From contig CM022671.1 in assembly GCA_012295275.1 (NCBI GenBank), positions 806,001-870,000 of the forward strand: a DNA stretch of 64,000 nucleotides, given 5' to 3'. A program made the position numbers and the translations under genes. Below the pieces are notes generated by a model. The model searched no databases, was not told the DNA's origin, and saw only the letters and a list, made by a program, of their open reading frames with translations. The DNA is from Chrysomallon squamiferum (Eukaryota; Animalia; Mollusca). Position 1 is the stretch's first letter; each line of letters opens with the position of its first letter. Positions 13,076 to 27,204 of this stretch are shown here, piece after piece.

Positions 13076-13954
13076 AGACTAAACGAAAATTTGTTTCTAC
13101 AATGGTTTTTATAATACAACTTAAAATACATACTTAGTTTTAAACTTTGTTTTGTGATGGTGTACACATTGCTGAACAATAAAGAATACAAAACTTGCAT
13201 TATTTTTCTGCATAGGTTGAAACTCAAATAAATGAAGCATACACAAGAACGCTTAACCATGTATCTGGTGTATTCCTATTTCTTTAAATATTACTTTTAT
13301 TAAAAACAAACTATTCAGAAGATGCTTGGTCCTGAAATTAGTTTTCCGTATAGACGTTTTATTATATATATTTTTCTCTACAAGTAGTTTCACATTACAT
13401 TAACCCTATTATAGAGATGTTAGTACGATACAAATTACTATTACTCTAGTATAATAAAAACAGTCGCTCGGCGAAGCGAAAGTAATAATTATTGTATAAT
13501 TTTATTATTGACGCATTATTTATTTATTTATTTTCTTACTTAATTTTAAAAATAGGTAGATTCCAGGGTATCGGACTTATCCAGGCATAATTAGTCTGTG
13601 GCTTTGTATACAGAATAAAATAACCGGAGTCAAATATATAAACTGTGGTATACTATTTTAGCAGGATTAATCAAAATTTATTTAATTATTAACTTACTTA
13701 GTTTCAATCAGCAATCACTTTTATCAGTTTATGTTTGAAACAGTTATTTAATAATAATTTAAAGCAGTTTGATATTCGATAAAAAAAAAAATAATAATAA
13801 TAATAAGTTTTGCTAGGACAGATGAGTTATAAAAAAAAAAAAAAAAAAAAAAAAAGCCCCCCCTAAAAACAAAAACGACATTTTATTTGTTTATTTATTC
13901 ATGACTGTCTCTTGACAATTTTTAAAAATAATACACCGAATCACAATTTTATTC

Positions 13955-14070
13955 GAAAGCGGAAATAAATTACATACGAAAATATGGGCTTATTTCCGTT
14001 TCCGGAAATCATGATAGTTACAATTTCGTTTTGAATGAAGATGATCATTCTATTTTGTTAGACACGTAAA
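13955..14070 (+). promoter_or_regulatory. Probable KIN17 promoter and non-coding first exon
   Basis: Cluster of ETS-like CGGAA/TTCCG motifs (gcggaaat, atttccgtttccggaaat), a possible donor near 14066, and an acceptor tttttccag at ~14555 just before the ATG. Confidence 0.45.
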
Positions 14071-14578
14071 GTAAGGATACACTTTTTACTGTGTATATTA
14101 TGTTCATTAGAATTCTTATAATGTCAACGCAGGCTGTATATTGCTTTTGAAGTATTACAGAGATTACTGTATTAGTTATTTGTCATATTTGTGTATTTCC
14201 AAAATTTCAGTATAACTTAAACTCAGTTTAAGTAAAACTGTATATTATACTTAGTATACAGTGAACTATAATAAAGTGTAAGATATCTGAAATGAATATT
14301 TATTTCCTAATTCAAGTCATTATCATGTACTAATTGAAGTTATTATATAATTTTATAATTTTGTTATGTTTTTTTTTTTACTCTGCTGACAACACTGGCT
14401 AATTATAATTTTCTGATTTAGTAATTATGATTAAGAAATAGTGTTTTCATTTAGCTTTAAGAAAAGAAAAGAAAGGTGAAAATAAAACAAAACATTAAAA
14501 AAATATTATTATTATTATTATTGTTATTAATTTTAATTTAATTTTTTTTTTCCAGTCTTGACATATTTGTTGTTAAAA

Positions 14579-17500
14579 ATGGGTAAAGAAAAAGGTGGAT
14601 TTCTTACTCCAAAAGCTATCGCCAATCGCATCAAAGCAAAAGGTTTACAGAAGTTGAGATGGTACTGTCAGATGTGTCAGAAACAGTGCAGAGATGAGGT
14701 AATAAATTGTATTTTATTATTATTGTTAAAGAACCTAATTATATTTTCTAACATTTGTTATAATATTATTTTTATTTGTTTCTTTTTTTCTTTTCTGTTT
14801 ATTTTGTTATTTATTTATTTATTTAATTTTTTTTAATTATTATTATTAATTTTATTTGGTTTGGGTTTTTGGGTGGGCTTTTTTGGTAAATCAGAAATAA
14901 ATGGTATTTTATGACTTTAATATTTCTTGTCATAATGAACTAAAACCATTAACTTCAGCAGAATTGTACAAACATTTATTACGAAGTAGTAATGCATTTT
15001 TGGTTATAAGTTAAATAGAAAAGTTCAGTAACCAGAGACCAAAAAATGATATATGAAACGGAGCAGGCCATAGTTAGTCTTAAAATGAAAATGTTTTGTC
15101 AGTTAATTCAGATTTCAGCATTTTATAGTTTCTTACATTTATTTTTGTATTGTATTGTTTTTTTTTTTTTCAGAATGGCTTTAAGTGTCACATGATGTCA
15201 GAATCTCACCAAAGACAACTATTGTTATTTGCAGAAAACCCAGATGAATATGTTGACACATTTTCTAAGTTAGTTTTACATATGGTTATATTAAATGAAA
15301 TTTATTTTTTTAAATATATTTTGCCATTGATACTTTTAAATATATAGCAATAAAGTAATTATTCGTCATGAATAAATTCATTGCTGTGGTTTCACAGAAT
15401 TTAAAATAAAATTATACCATTATTATTATTATGTTAACAAAATAGCAATTAAAAATATATCTGTTGTCTTTTCTCTAAAATATGCTTATAAGTGTACTGG
15501 TTCAGTTTACAGAATAAAAATATAATCATCTAACTGCCTAATGGCTGGGCTTTTAATAGTACTTTGAATTTAATTTATTTATATTTTGTTGTGATCAGAG
15601 ATTTTGAAGAGGATTATCTTGAACTTTTGCGGAGAAGATTTGGTACAAAGAGAGTTCATGCAAACATTGTGTATCAGGAATACATCAGTAACAGAGAACA
15701 TGTACACATGAATTCAACAATGTGGGAGACTCTCACTGATTTTGTGCAATGGCTTGGAAAACAAGGTACAGATATAAAATGATATACATTTTACTCTTTC
15801 ATTTATCCTACCAGATTTCTATTTGTTTGTGAATAAATAAAAAATTTAATATTACAAATATTAAAAATTATTGTTTTTATAAATCAAAACAATTCTTAAA
15901 CTTCTCTTTTATAATTGTATTTATTCAGTTATTTTAAAAAGTTTCAAATATCTGAATGATACTTTAAAGAAAATATAGTGTTAGATTTTTATATCATTGT
16001 TATACTTGACTCCTGATTTTGACAAATTGATGTAAATAATGTCAAGTGTTATTATTTTAGGTAAATGTGTTGTTGACTACACAGAAAAGGGCTGGTTTGT
16101 GGCATACATTGATAGAAATCCTGAAACAATCAAATTAATGGAGTCAAAAAAGAACAAGGAAAAGATGGATTTGGATGATGAAGAAAAAACAGCAAAGTTC
16201 ATACAACAGCAGATAGAAAAAGCAGCATATGCAGAAAAAAATACCAAACATGTGGAATTCACAGAACTACAGAGAGAGGATGAAGAAGAAAAAGGTACAA
16301 AAATAAAATAAAAGCGGTAATTGTGTGCAGTTTTTGAATTAACCTAAGGCAGTAGAAATAGTAACAAAATACAGATTTTATTAATAATAGTAACAATATG
16401 TTTTTATATCAGGAGTCTTTTAATAACTGGAAAAATACAAATAGTGTTTAGAAAGCTTTCAAACTATTGTTGTTCTTTTATTTTCTTATTTTCAGTTGCA
16501 TTTAGTTTGGGGCATACTGTGAAGAAAACTGAAGAAAGTGCAAGGTAAATTGACACATAAGCACAACATACAATTAAATCCTACTATGTATGTTTAAATT
16601 TAAAAAAAAATATAAATAAATAAAATATTTCCATTGTGAGTAAGTTAGGATTTAGATATATCACATCCCTGATCTAGGGGAAAAGGCTGTACATTGAAAA
16701 ATACTGATTCATTACAAGTAGTTGATGAGAACTTTTATTTTTGTTTGCACTAGCTTAATCCAGGTGGAGGCATTTGCATTAATAAAACAGTTAATATTTT
16801 TAAAAGTTTATCTGGCTGGTGTTCAGAGCCATAAATAAATGAGAAATAAAAAAAAAATTATGAAATTTTTAATATTGAAGTTTATTAACTTTAGCCTGTG
16901 TCCTGCTTATACTGTGATTTAAAATATTAGAAAAAATTTTTATGTGTTTTTAGAATTCAGGCTGTTGAAAATCCATTCAAAAAGCCAGTTAAACCTGAAA
17001 CGACAAAACCAAAACATGAATCTCGATGGGATCCCCCATCATCAGAATCATCATCATCAGGTACAAAAACAGAAAAGGCTGGACAGAAGAGAAAAGCTAA
17101 GTCTGCACTGGATGAAATAATGGAGGTTTGTTTCTCTGTGGTATTAAAAAGTAAACAATTATAAAGATAGATTTATTCTCGATTTCACAGCCTAAATACA
17201 TGATTATAATCATCATCATCGTTATTATTATTTAGATATCTTCATGCAGTTGAATAATAGGCAATAACAAGAATTTGCAATGAGCACTAATTATATATAA
17301 CAGACTGCACATGTTTATAAGTTTTGTTCTTGTTATTGCAACATCCATACCTGTTATCTTTCTCTAACACCCATCTCTGAGAATATAGAGAAATCTTTGT
17401 GACTCAGTTGCTGATACTGTTACAAAAATGTTTTAATAATTATTCACATTTTTATTTTTTTCCTTAACTTTTATCATTGCAGTTTGAGGAACAAAAGAAG

Positions 17501-18835
17501 GAAAAGATGAACAGGAAAGATTATTGGCTTCATCCAGGAATTGTTGTTAAAATCATCTCTAAGAAAGTTGGTGACAAATATTACAAGGAAAAAGCTTATG
17601 TCAAGGTTATTAGTTGCATTTCCTTAACCACTAGCAAATTTGCTCTAATATAGTTCTGATATTAAGATAAACCTATTCAGCATATGTATATATTATGAGG
17701 TTTTTAAAAATTGAAATCTAGAACCAATGCAGATGTGTGAATTCTTGTAATTATAAATACGGTGGCTGTCTGTTTATCCATTGTTTTATCTGGTTTTGCC
17801 TCAGAATTATTTTAATATTATCACATCTGAAACAAAAACAGAAAATGGGTCGATAGAAAACTACTGGCATTTTCATTAACCAATTTTTTTTTTTTTTTTT
17901 TAAATTGTGTTTTATTATATTATGTAATTCCAGGAGGTTCAGAATTTATATACAGGATTGATAAAAACTCTTAATGGTGGAGTAACACTTCGTGTTGATC
18001 AGACCCATGTGGAAACTGTCATACCTGCCATAGGTAAGTTTACTGTATTTAAAAGATTTTATGATTTATCATCAAGTACCTACTGCATTATCATTTGATT
18101 TTGGTTTTTGCATATTGTATCCTAATAATCTTAACTTTACTTCCAAAAGCAATACAAAAATATTTTAAAGAAAGGATAAAAAAAATAATTCAGTATCACG
18201 GTGCAGATTGAGATTTAATTGCAACTATTAACTGTAATAGTTTAATCTTTTAGCTATGCTATTTGAATTGCAGAATTCTGAAATACTGTGATAACATATC
18301 AAGGAAACAAAGAATTTGATTACATTTATTTAAAAACTGTAATTAATTTAACTTACTCTATATTTCTTTAAGGTAAACCTCTATTAATTGTAAATGGAGC
18401 ATATCGTGGGACAGAAGCAATACTGGAAGATATTGATCAAAAGAAGTTTAGTTGTACAGTAAAAATTAATTCCGTAAGCTTACTTACTTAATTATTGTGT
18501 TAATTTATTCCAAACAAATGAAAGTGTAATTATTTTTATGGAGTAATTTGGTTTGTTTTTCCTTTTTAAATTTGAAAAAAAAGAAGTTTTTGTAGTCTTC
18601 TAATTTGTTTATTGAATTAAATAGACATCAGTTTGATGTTTTATTATGAATTAAAAAGCAATTTAATGATTGTATTAACAAAAATCTAACTTCGTGTAAT
18701 AATGTCTTTAAACATTATCAGGAATAATATTTGTAAGTTGTTTTCACTTTTTGATTTTTACAGGGCTTAATTAAAGGACGAATCTTAAAAGATGTACAAT
18801 ACGAAGATGTTTGCAAAATTTACCAAACATCTTGA
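14579..18835 (+). CDS. KIN: DNA/RNA-binding protein KIN17, ~10 coding exons
   Basis: MGKEKGGFLTPKAIANRIKAKGLQKLRWYCQMCQKQCRDE|NGFKCHMMSESHQRQ zinc finger, HVHMNSTMWETLTDFVQWLG, C-terminal KOW/SH3-like VDQTHVETVIP and IVNGAYRG. Exons ~14579-14698, 15174-15268, 15600-15766, 16061-16294, 16495-16543, 16953-17125, 17482-17605, 17934-18032, 18373-18473, 18764-18835. Confidence 0.96.
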
Positions 18836-20963
18836 AAATGGTTTATGTGACATAAGTTGTACCCGAATGTTTCACAAAACCCCAGATTAACAGAGAACAG
18901 GGATGGATCTCAACGGAGTCAGTGATTATTTTCATTCATGATTAAATGAGTGAACATTCAGTTAGCGAAAAAGGACAGTGTAAGATTAAAAAAACAAAAA
19001 AACAAAAAAAACAAAGAAAAACAAGAAGACTATCATGCTACTGCTGTGTGTTCACAAGAAGATTCATGATATTTCTAAGTTAATTCTGACATGCGCTTTC
19101 TGCAGAAAAGCAATATGATGCAAATGATGTCATCAGGCAGAACACAAATATTAAGATTAACAATAAGCTAACATCTGCCAATAAACTGCACACACAAAAA
19201 ACACCTGATTTACAGTTTTGTAAACTGACCTATAGTTCTTAGATATCAGATGATGATCTAGCAGTAAACTTTCTGTTAAATAAACAGTATGAGTGAATTA
19301 AATGAAAGAATAATAAATGATTTGTATCTTTCATTATGACAGCTATGACTGTTAATGCTGCCATCTGAGTTTTCATAAGGGTGAGTCCTCAAAGTAATGT
19401 CTTATCAATGCATTGTTTTGGCACTATCAAGCTTTTTTTCTTTCATAAGTGAATTTTATGACTGTAATAGCATTAAAATTAATTATACCTTGACAAAATG
19501 CTGAACTCTTTTATAAAGTAAAAATGCTGTATGATAATAAAAACATATTTTAATCCAAAACAAAGAATAATAAAAACCTGGACAGTATTCTTTGAAACTT
19601 CTGTTGGTAGATTGAGGCATGATTACCAGTGTTTGTTCTAAATTTAAATTCAAGTTGAAATTAAGTTGAGGAAAATTAGAGAAAATAAATTATGAAACTG
19701 TGATACTATTAAAAAAAAATTTCTGTAATAAATATTTTTAATAAGAAATGTATATTTATTTTTATTATCATTATTTCTTTTAGTTTTGTTGACACATTTT
19801 CTTTATGACATGGCATGGCATATTTACATTGTTAAAACAGGCTTTGGATGAATTTGTTTCAGTTTATTATTATTATTATTATTATTTGTATTATTATTGT
19901 TTATTTATTTTAATTCTATTTATTTACACTTTAAAAAAAACAAAAAACCTGATCAACTCTTCTTTTTTAATTTATGACATACTAAACATTAATCAGTATT
20001 TTAATGCTTTATTGCACTTAAATATATTTAACTAATTCAACTAATAAGTTAAAATGATAATAACAAAAATTAATAATTAAACACTGGTTTACTTCCATCT
20101 AGAAAGAACTGTGTATTCATGATGGATTAGTGAATATAAACAAATTTTGATAAACTGCTAAAAGATTCCCATTTATATGAAAAGGGAAATACTTCAGTGA
20201 TGTATAAATTCATAGAGAAAAAGACAGGACTGTACCATTACAGTGAATATAATTCTGAAATGGAAATGAATTTTATTATAAAGAAAAAGTAGAAAGGAAG
20301 ACACGCCACGTGTGCCCCATAGGATACATGTGTATGTAAATAACAGTATAAATCTAATTAAGCTTGTGTAAGTGCAATCAGTCAAGTCTAATTAATATAA
20401 TGTGTGTAGGATTACTTCACATTTGTTTTTTTGCCATTAAATTAATATGCAGAAAAAATCAGATAAATAATTAAAATAAATTATTTCAAATGTTATTTAG
20501 CTTAAATATTTAATATTATTTTATTATTTTTATTATTATTTTATTTTTTTTAGTGGTAAGTGTTACTGGCATTTCACAGGCTTATCATATATAGTTATCA
20601 CATATTTTATAAAACTGATTCAGTTGCGTTTTAAATTAAGTTATATCCACGTGTTTAATTTATACAGAAAAGTGTTAACACAAATTAATGTATTTGAATG
20701 ATAAATAAAAAAAATTACGAATCCGTCCAATATAAAATTATTGTTCTGTCATAATATACTACCCGTAAGAAACAAATTGTTTTGCTGTGACAGGCGCTAA
20801 AAACATACTGGTTGTAGGTACTTATATTGTATTACGTTGTTTTAAACGAACGTGGCACCAACTCATTCGATGTAATTTTTATATTTAACCCCCTTTTCTT
20901 TTTTAAATAATGAAACAACCGTTCTTTTGTAAATTACTGTGGAATGTGGTTTAATGAAAAGCA

Positions 20964-20967
<4 letters not shown>

Positions 20968-21003
<36 letters not shown>
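20968..21003. repeat. (AAT)n microsatellite
   Basis: Seen directly. A second tract lies at ~21380-21423. Confidence 0.9.
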
Positions 21004-21006
<3 letters not shown>

Positions 21007-21379
21007 TTTATATGACCACTGAAAGTTTACAAAAAATATAAATATACAAATAATATTTTCAAGAAATAACTGCATATTAATCTGAAAGGAAAAAATCAGA
21101 AATGTCAAAATAATCATTTAGATATAGATCAGTGTTTATAAGCACATATACAAACATAAACGAATGCCCACAGAATTAGAGCAAAATATTTTAAAAGTAT
21201 ATCTAGTAAGATAAATAAATACGTTCATGGAGAAAATAACTTTCTTCTGTATTGCTTAAATATTCATTCGTTTTACTATGTTTAGTCAAACTCGAAATTA
21301 AAATTTTAGGATGTTGTATTCAGCCTCACCAAAAGTGAAATAAATAGTAGTAGTATTACTATTAGTAGATATGGAATTG

Positions 21380-21424
<45 letters not shown>

Positions 21425-21629
21425 GCTATACTTAAATTAATTTGATATTAATAAATGAATAAAGAAAGCATATGCGTAACAGTGTGTACCTGACGCAACT
21501 ACTCACGCAGTCCAACCCTCTTTAGTGCGTTAGTCATTATTAATGAATATCTGAAACTACGAAATTAGGATATAAAAAGATGACTAAGAAGCGCACCAGT
21601 GTGGTTGGATCAAAAATGAACAAAATATA

Positions 21630-24600
21630 ATGGCGGAAGGCAGTAGAGACGAAATTCTGGTGGATTTTCAGGTATAACTTCTGTTGTATTTAGAGTAATA
21701 CTTACAGTATACCTTAATTGATATCCAAACCGTACTTTTTCTAAAGCTGGGGAGAGTCATAGTTAGTTTTACAGACTCCGATTTTCAATATTTATTTATT
21801 TTTTTTATAATCTTTCTGACAAGTCTTTATCTGTTTATGTAACAGTTTTTGAAGGTCTCGTGTCACAGTTTCTTTTCATGTAAATATTTTTTAATTTTTT
21901 AGTATTATATAGTTCATATTTTATTTTCCGTTTTCTGATCTTTTAATCAGAATTTCAAGTCATTTTTAACTCAACAAATTTTTTTAAAAATTCAATGTAA
22001 TTTAAAAATAAAGTTGTTAATCACATCTTTTATATTACATATTAAAGGCTAATGCATTAACACAACATATACATTATAGTAATCTTAATGAGTTTTAGTT
22101 TTGAGGAAGTCCTAACACTATTTTAGATCAACTGACATAATCAGCAAATCAGTGATTTTATTGAAGTTTAGTAATGCTAACATCAAACATAGGTTATCAT
22201 TAATAAAAAAAATTTCACAATGGATATTTTGCTGTGAATCAGTTTTATATTTCTACAGCAGTTTGGCTATGAGTTCTGGTACACATGCACTGTTTTATCA
22301 TATTTACACTCTCCATTTTATTGTTGGCATTTAAATATGTGTGAAATGTTGCTCATAACATGGGACACATTTGTCTTTATCCACTAGCACTGTCAAGACT
22401 TTTGAAAGGAGACACTGTATTTCATATTGGCTTTGAGACACACAATCATTCCAAAAAATATTGAAGAACATAGTGGTAGAATTATATTGCATTTGGGCAG
22501 TGCTCCTTTAAGTCATTGGTAGTCTCACACAGCCAGTCAAGACCACTCATTTCAAAATAAAAATGAAATGCAGTCAGTAGCTATAAAATAACACAATGTT
22601 GCTACTGACATCTACAGCAACATTCTTCACAGTAAAATAGCTTGTGTATAGTTCAGCTGGCAGTATGCCCCTTGTATAATTTTGTTCACATTAAAATAGT
22701 AAACAATTTTGCTTACTTCAAAGTACAAAAGTGACACAGAACTCACAGCCAGATAGCCATAGAAATGTAAAACTGTTTCACAACAAAATAACACTGATTC
22801 TTAGTTTTATGTTTATATACATTTCTAGTTTAGACTATAAATAAATAGCACATACACATACAGTTATGTAAATACTTCCCATGATTAAGTTCAAGCCACC
22901 ATGATTTACAAGAGAGGAGGAATAAAAATATTAAAATAAAACAACCAACCCCCACATTTAATTAAATCAAATCTGAAGCTTATAAACAAGCCAATGGCAA
23001 TATCTGACACAGACTTTATATTGAAAAGCAGAATTACAGTTTACTGTTTAAATATATGGAAATGATGCTTCCAAGTTTTGTCATGATGTTCATGAGAACA
23101 TTTTTACATGTGATTGTTTATAATGTGTTTAACTGCCGGTGAAAATTTTGATATGTATTAATGATAACATTTTTAATTAGTTTAATCAGTACTATAAATT
23201 ATTTAATATCCTGACATGTATATCTTTAGCTTTTCCTAATTAAACAACTGATATTTTTGCATTAAAACAAAATTCATTGTAATAAGAAAATAATTACTTT
23301 CAAGAATTCATCAAAATTATTAAACTAAAGAAGTAATACTGTAAAATAATAAGTATGTATTTTGTTTGGGAATGCCATTTACTGCAATTTGAAGATTCTA
23401 AACTGTATTTAATTATGTGGCATGATTAAATCAAAAGGCTATTATTTATTTTTTATTCTTTTCATTTTCTTATTATTGTATAATTGTTTTCTCATGCTTA
23501 TATTGTGTTGTTCATACATTATATTGCAGGCTTGCACAGGTTTAGATGATATTGACACTTGCTGTGCAATTTTGGAAAAACATGACTGGATTCTAGAAGA
23601 TGCTGTTAATAGTATCCTTCATGATGGAGCCTCCCCAGGAGTTGAACATGTCCCATTGCACAGTGCCAGTATGTCTTCAGCAGTTGGTCCTGGGAGGCCA
23701 GAGTTTGGGACAACAGCAAACTCACCCATCCAGATAGACAGTTTCACGACAGATGAAGATCAGTATGTAGCAGAAGGAGCATCAGCAGCTGGTCCGTCTA
23801 CAAGCTACACTCTTCCAGTCACTCGTCCCCGCAGACTGCATTTTGAGGTTGAGTACAGAGACAAAAAAATACCAATTATTCTTCAAGATACAGAAACAGT
23901 TGGTAAAATCAAGCAGCTGCTCTTTGAAAAGCTTGGTGTTCCTGTAGATAAACAAGAGTTAAATGGGATTGTCAAAAGAACTGTAGATGATAAAACATTA
24001 CTACGAGATTTGTATTTGCCAAAGGAAAATAAGCTTTATCTTCTTACACCAGGAATCAGTAACCCAACAGTTAGTCAAACACAGTCTGAAGGACATGACA
24101 GATTTTATGATCTTGCTGAAGAAGAATTCACACTAGTAATAAAGTTTTTTGAACAGAGCGCTTATCGAATGTTTACACTGAAATTTAAGGGTAACAAGAC
24201 TGTTCTTTCTGTTAAACAGGCAGTGTATACACTAACAGATGTGTCTGTAAGACATCAGAAGTGGATTGGTTGGCCAGAAGGAACCAGAGATGACTATACA
24301 ATTGCCAGATGTGGCATAAATTATCCTTCACATGAACTGGAAGTCAGAAAAGTTATACCAGAGCCTGATATACCAAAAACATCAGAAGAAGCTATGGATG
24401 TTGATGTTAGCGGTGATGAGGATGACAATACAGTGGATCCATATTCATTGGAAGATGATATATTTTGTCCAGAACCAGATAGCCGCAGACAAGAACCATT
24501 GATGCCTGAAAATGTAACTGATGATGCCAGTGCTTTGGAACATTTTACAAGAGAATTCAAGGAGAGATATGGAGAATGCCATCCTGTATTCTATATTGGA

Positions 24601-25521
24601 TCACTTGATGATGCTATTAAGGATGCCTTACAAGTCAAAGCTGTTGAAAGAAAGATGCTTGCCATTTACATTCACCATGACAACAGCATCTTCTCTCATG
24701 TCTTTTGCTCTCAGCGCCTGTGTTCAGAGAGTGTTGTCAACTTTCTGAGTAGCAATTTCATTACGTGGGCATGGGATGTGACTTCTGAAGCAAATCGTGC
24801 ACGTTTGATCAGTATGGCAACCAGGCATTTTGGTAGTGTGGCAGCCAGTCAGATACGCAATTATGGCCCAGACCAGCTACCGGCTTTGTTACTAATCACA
24901 CGGTCTCGAGCTACTAATGAAGTAGTGGATGTTATTCCAGGTCATGTCCTGCTGGATGAGTTAATGACTCGTTTGTTGCATGCAGTGGAAGTTTTTCGGG
25001 AACAACAACAGGTGGATATTGAGGATGAACAGCAAAGAGATGCCAGAGAGCAGATTAAGCAGGAGCAAGATGCAGCGTATCAAGAATCTCTAGCAGCTGA
25101 CAGGGCAAAAGCAGAGGTTCAGAAAGCTGAGGAGAAAAGACAGAAAGAAGCAATGGAAAAAGAAATGGAAAAACAATGGGAAGAAGAGAGGAAAAAGCAA
25201 GAAGAGCAGGCTGTCAAACAAGCCATTATTGCTTCACTAGCCAGGGTCTTGCCAGATGAACCTCCAGAAGGCTGCCAGAAGCCAATTTCTAGAATACGCA
25301 TTCGAACCCCATCAGGTGAAATACTCAACCGGAAATTCTTAGCCAGTGAAACTGTTGGGATTCTCTTGAATTACCTGATAACCAAAGGTTTCCCCACTGA
25401 TGAATACAAGGTGCTGACAACTTTCCCAAGAAGAGACATCACTCAGCTAGATACTAGTCAAACCCTGAAAGATGCAAAACTGTACCCACAAGAAACTCTT
25501 ATTCTGGAAGAAAAGTCTTAG
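21630..25521 (+). CDS. FAF1: FAS-associated factor 1 (UBA-UBL-UBL-UAS-coiled coil-UBX p97 cofactor), 2 coding exons
   Basis: Exon 1 21630-21671 MAEGSRDEILVDFQ|gt; exon 2 23530-25521 ACTGLDDID... UAS domain (RYGECHPVFYIGSL, NFITWAWDVT) and UBX domain (TTFPRRD, LYPQETLILEE*). Confidence 0.95.
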
Positions 25522-26244
25522 CACTTCATTTTTACTTTTTGGTTAACACATGTTCTGTCCTTAAAAATTTAATTTATTTTAAGAAAATGTTAATCAATGG
25601 CTTTCTTCTTTTTTTTTGAATTAAAGCCTACATAGGCAATATATATGTAAATATTTTTGTTTTCAGAATAAATATAAATGTATTCTTTGAAGGTGAATGC
25701 CACACATGAATGCATTTAATCAAATACTCTGTGCCCAGTTGTTTGTAATTATGTGTTTTTATTATTATTATTTCATTTTCAAAAGATTATTTTTAAATGT
25801 CTGAAACTGATAATTAAAAAAATAAAATATTGATAAATAATATTAAATGCAAAGAACTAAAACTGAAATATATTTTAGACTCGACACGTTTCTTAAGAGA
25901 TTTTGAAACATTTACCCAAGTCAAATGTTCTATGCTCAGATTAATTTGTTTATTGTTCAAAAAAGGAAAAACTAAAATGAAATTATTCTAAAGATACCTT
26001 GATTTGGGTAAGGATAATCAATGTATATGTTTTTTTAAATGAAAGTGAATTGAACATTAAATGCAACATTGTGCAGTATGCAAGTGAAGAGAATGTTTTT
26101 CTTTATAGATAATACTTTCATTACTCTTGGTGGTTTTTGTCAATGCAGCCTGAAAGGTTAAGGGCACATCATTTTTCTTTAAAAAAATTCCCACACCATT
26201 TAAATTGTTAAATTTGTAGTGTGTTGTTTCTTACGTAGTGATGA

Positions 26245-26400
26245 AAAAATAATCCACAGCTGCTAGTTCAAGGACTACTTGATTAGCAGCAAGAGCTTTG
26301 ATATCCACTCTCCCATAGGCAGTAATGTATACATAATGGTCTTTCGGTGTATGGCACTGTATTGTAACTGCAGGGTATTTGGTTAAGCACAGCCTACCAA
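26245..26400. mobile_element. Possible degenerate interspersed repeat (SINE-like) fragment
   Basis: gattagcagcaagagctttgatat...cccataggcag...atacata loosely resembles 36920-36980 (catcagcaaaggtatcttttatttgc...gatgatagcacatac). Family assignment is a guess. Confidence 0.3.
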
Positions 26401-27204
26401 CACTTAGTTGTCACATAAGCTTATTTTGCTTTAATATATTGATAGTTTAAACTAAATGCATAATGAACTTATATTACTGTAAGAAAAAAATTGTTTATTA
26501 TATTTTAATTTGCATAAAATTAATATATACAGGTATTTAATATGTACTGGAATACAACATAACAGAAAAACTTTTTTTTTTAAATTTTTAAATAAAATTC
26601 AATAATCCTACAACAGTCTCAGATAAAAACAATGCATCTATACATTTAGAATGCAAATTAATGATGAAGCTTGACTTAAAAAAGGAAGTGTATATATAAA
26701 ATATATATTTGACATATCCAATATATCTTGACACTGTAGTTGGAATAACATTTTTTAATCCACAGTTAAGAAAACTATAAAATCAAACATTCTGATGAAA
26801 GAATTAAACAATTATTTTAAAGATGCTGCCTTTTGCATTAGACATTTCCTTTCATATACTGTTTTTTAAATACAATTAAATAATACATAACTTAGATCTG
26901 AATTTACAAGATGCTTCAGTGAGTAATATAATATTTTGTAGTCTTTTCACTTAAAAAAAACCATAAAAAATCTAACAACACAAATATCCCAATATCCAAG
27001 ATCTTAATACAAAAACAAACAGATTTAATAAGCAGACAAGTATTTTTGTACTGAAAGCACATATCACCAAAATGTTCTACTCTCAGTGATAACATCATAT
27101 AAATACGATATATTTTCTTGACAGCTTGTCATGATTTTATATCAAACATACACACATTCAAAGATGTTATGTACAATAAATAAAAAAAAATTAAAAATGG
27201 GTAA

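Noticed and set aside
17459-17481. TTCCTTAAC U12 branch-like motif before a KIN17 acceptor
   Set aside because: The donor is GTTTGT rather than RTATCCT, so this is a U2-type intron
23422-23529. Signal-peptide-like N-terminus of the 699-aa ORF
   Set aside because: It is the intron pyrimidine tract; the real FAF1 start is at 21630
24321-25328. Antisense and alternate-frame ORFs in FAF1 (similar ones in KIN17, BACURD, UBE3B)
   Set aside because: Shadows of real coding exons
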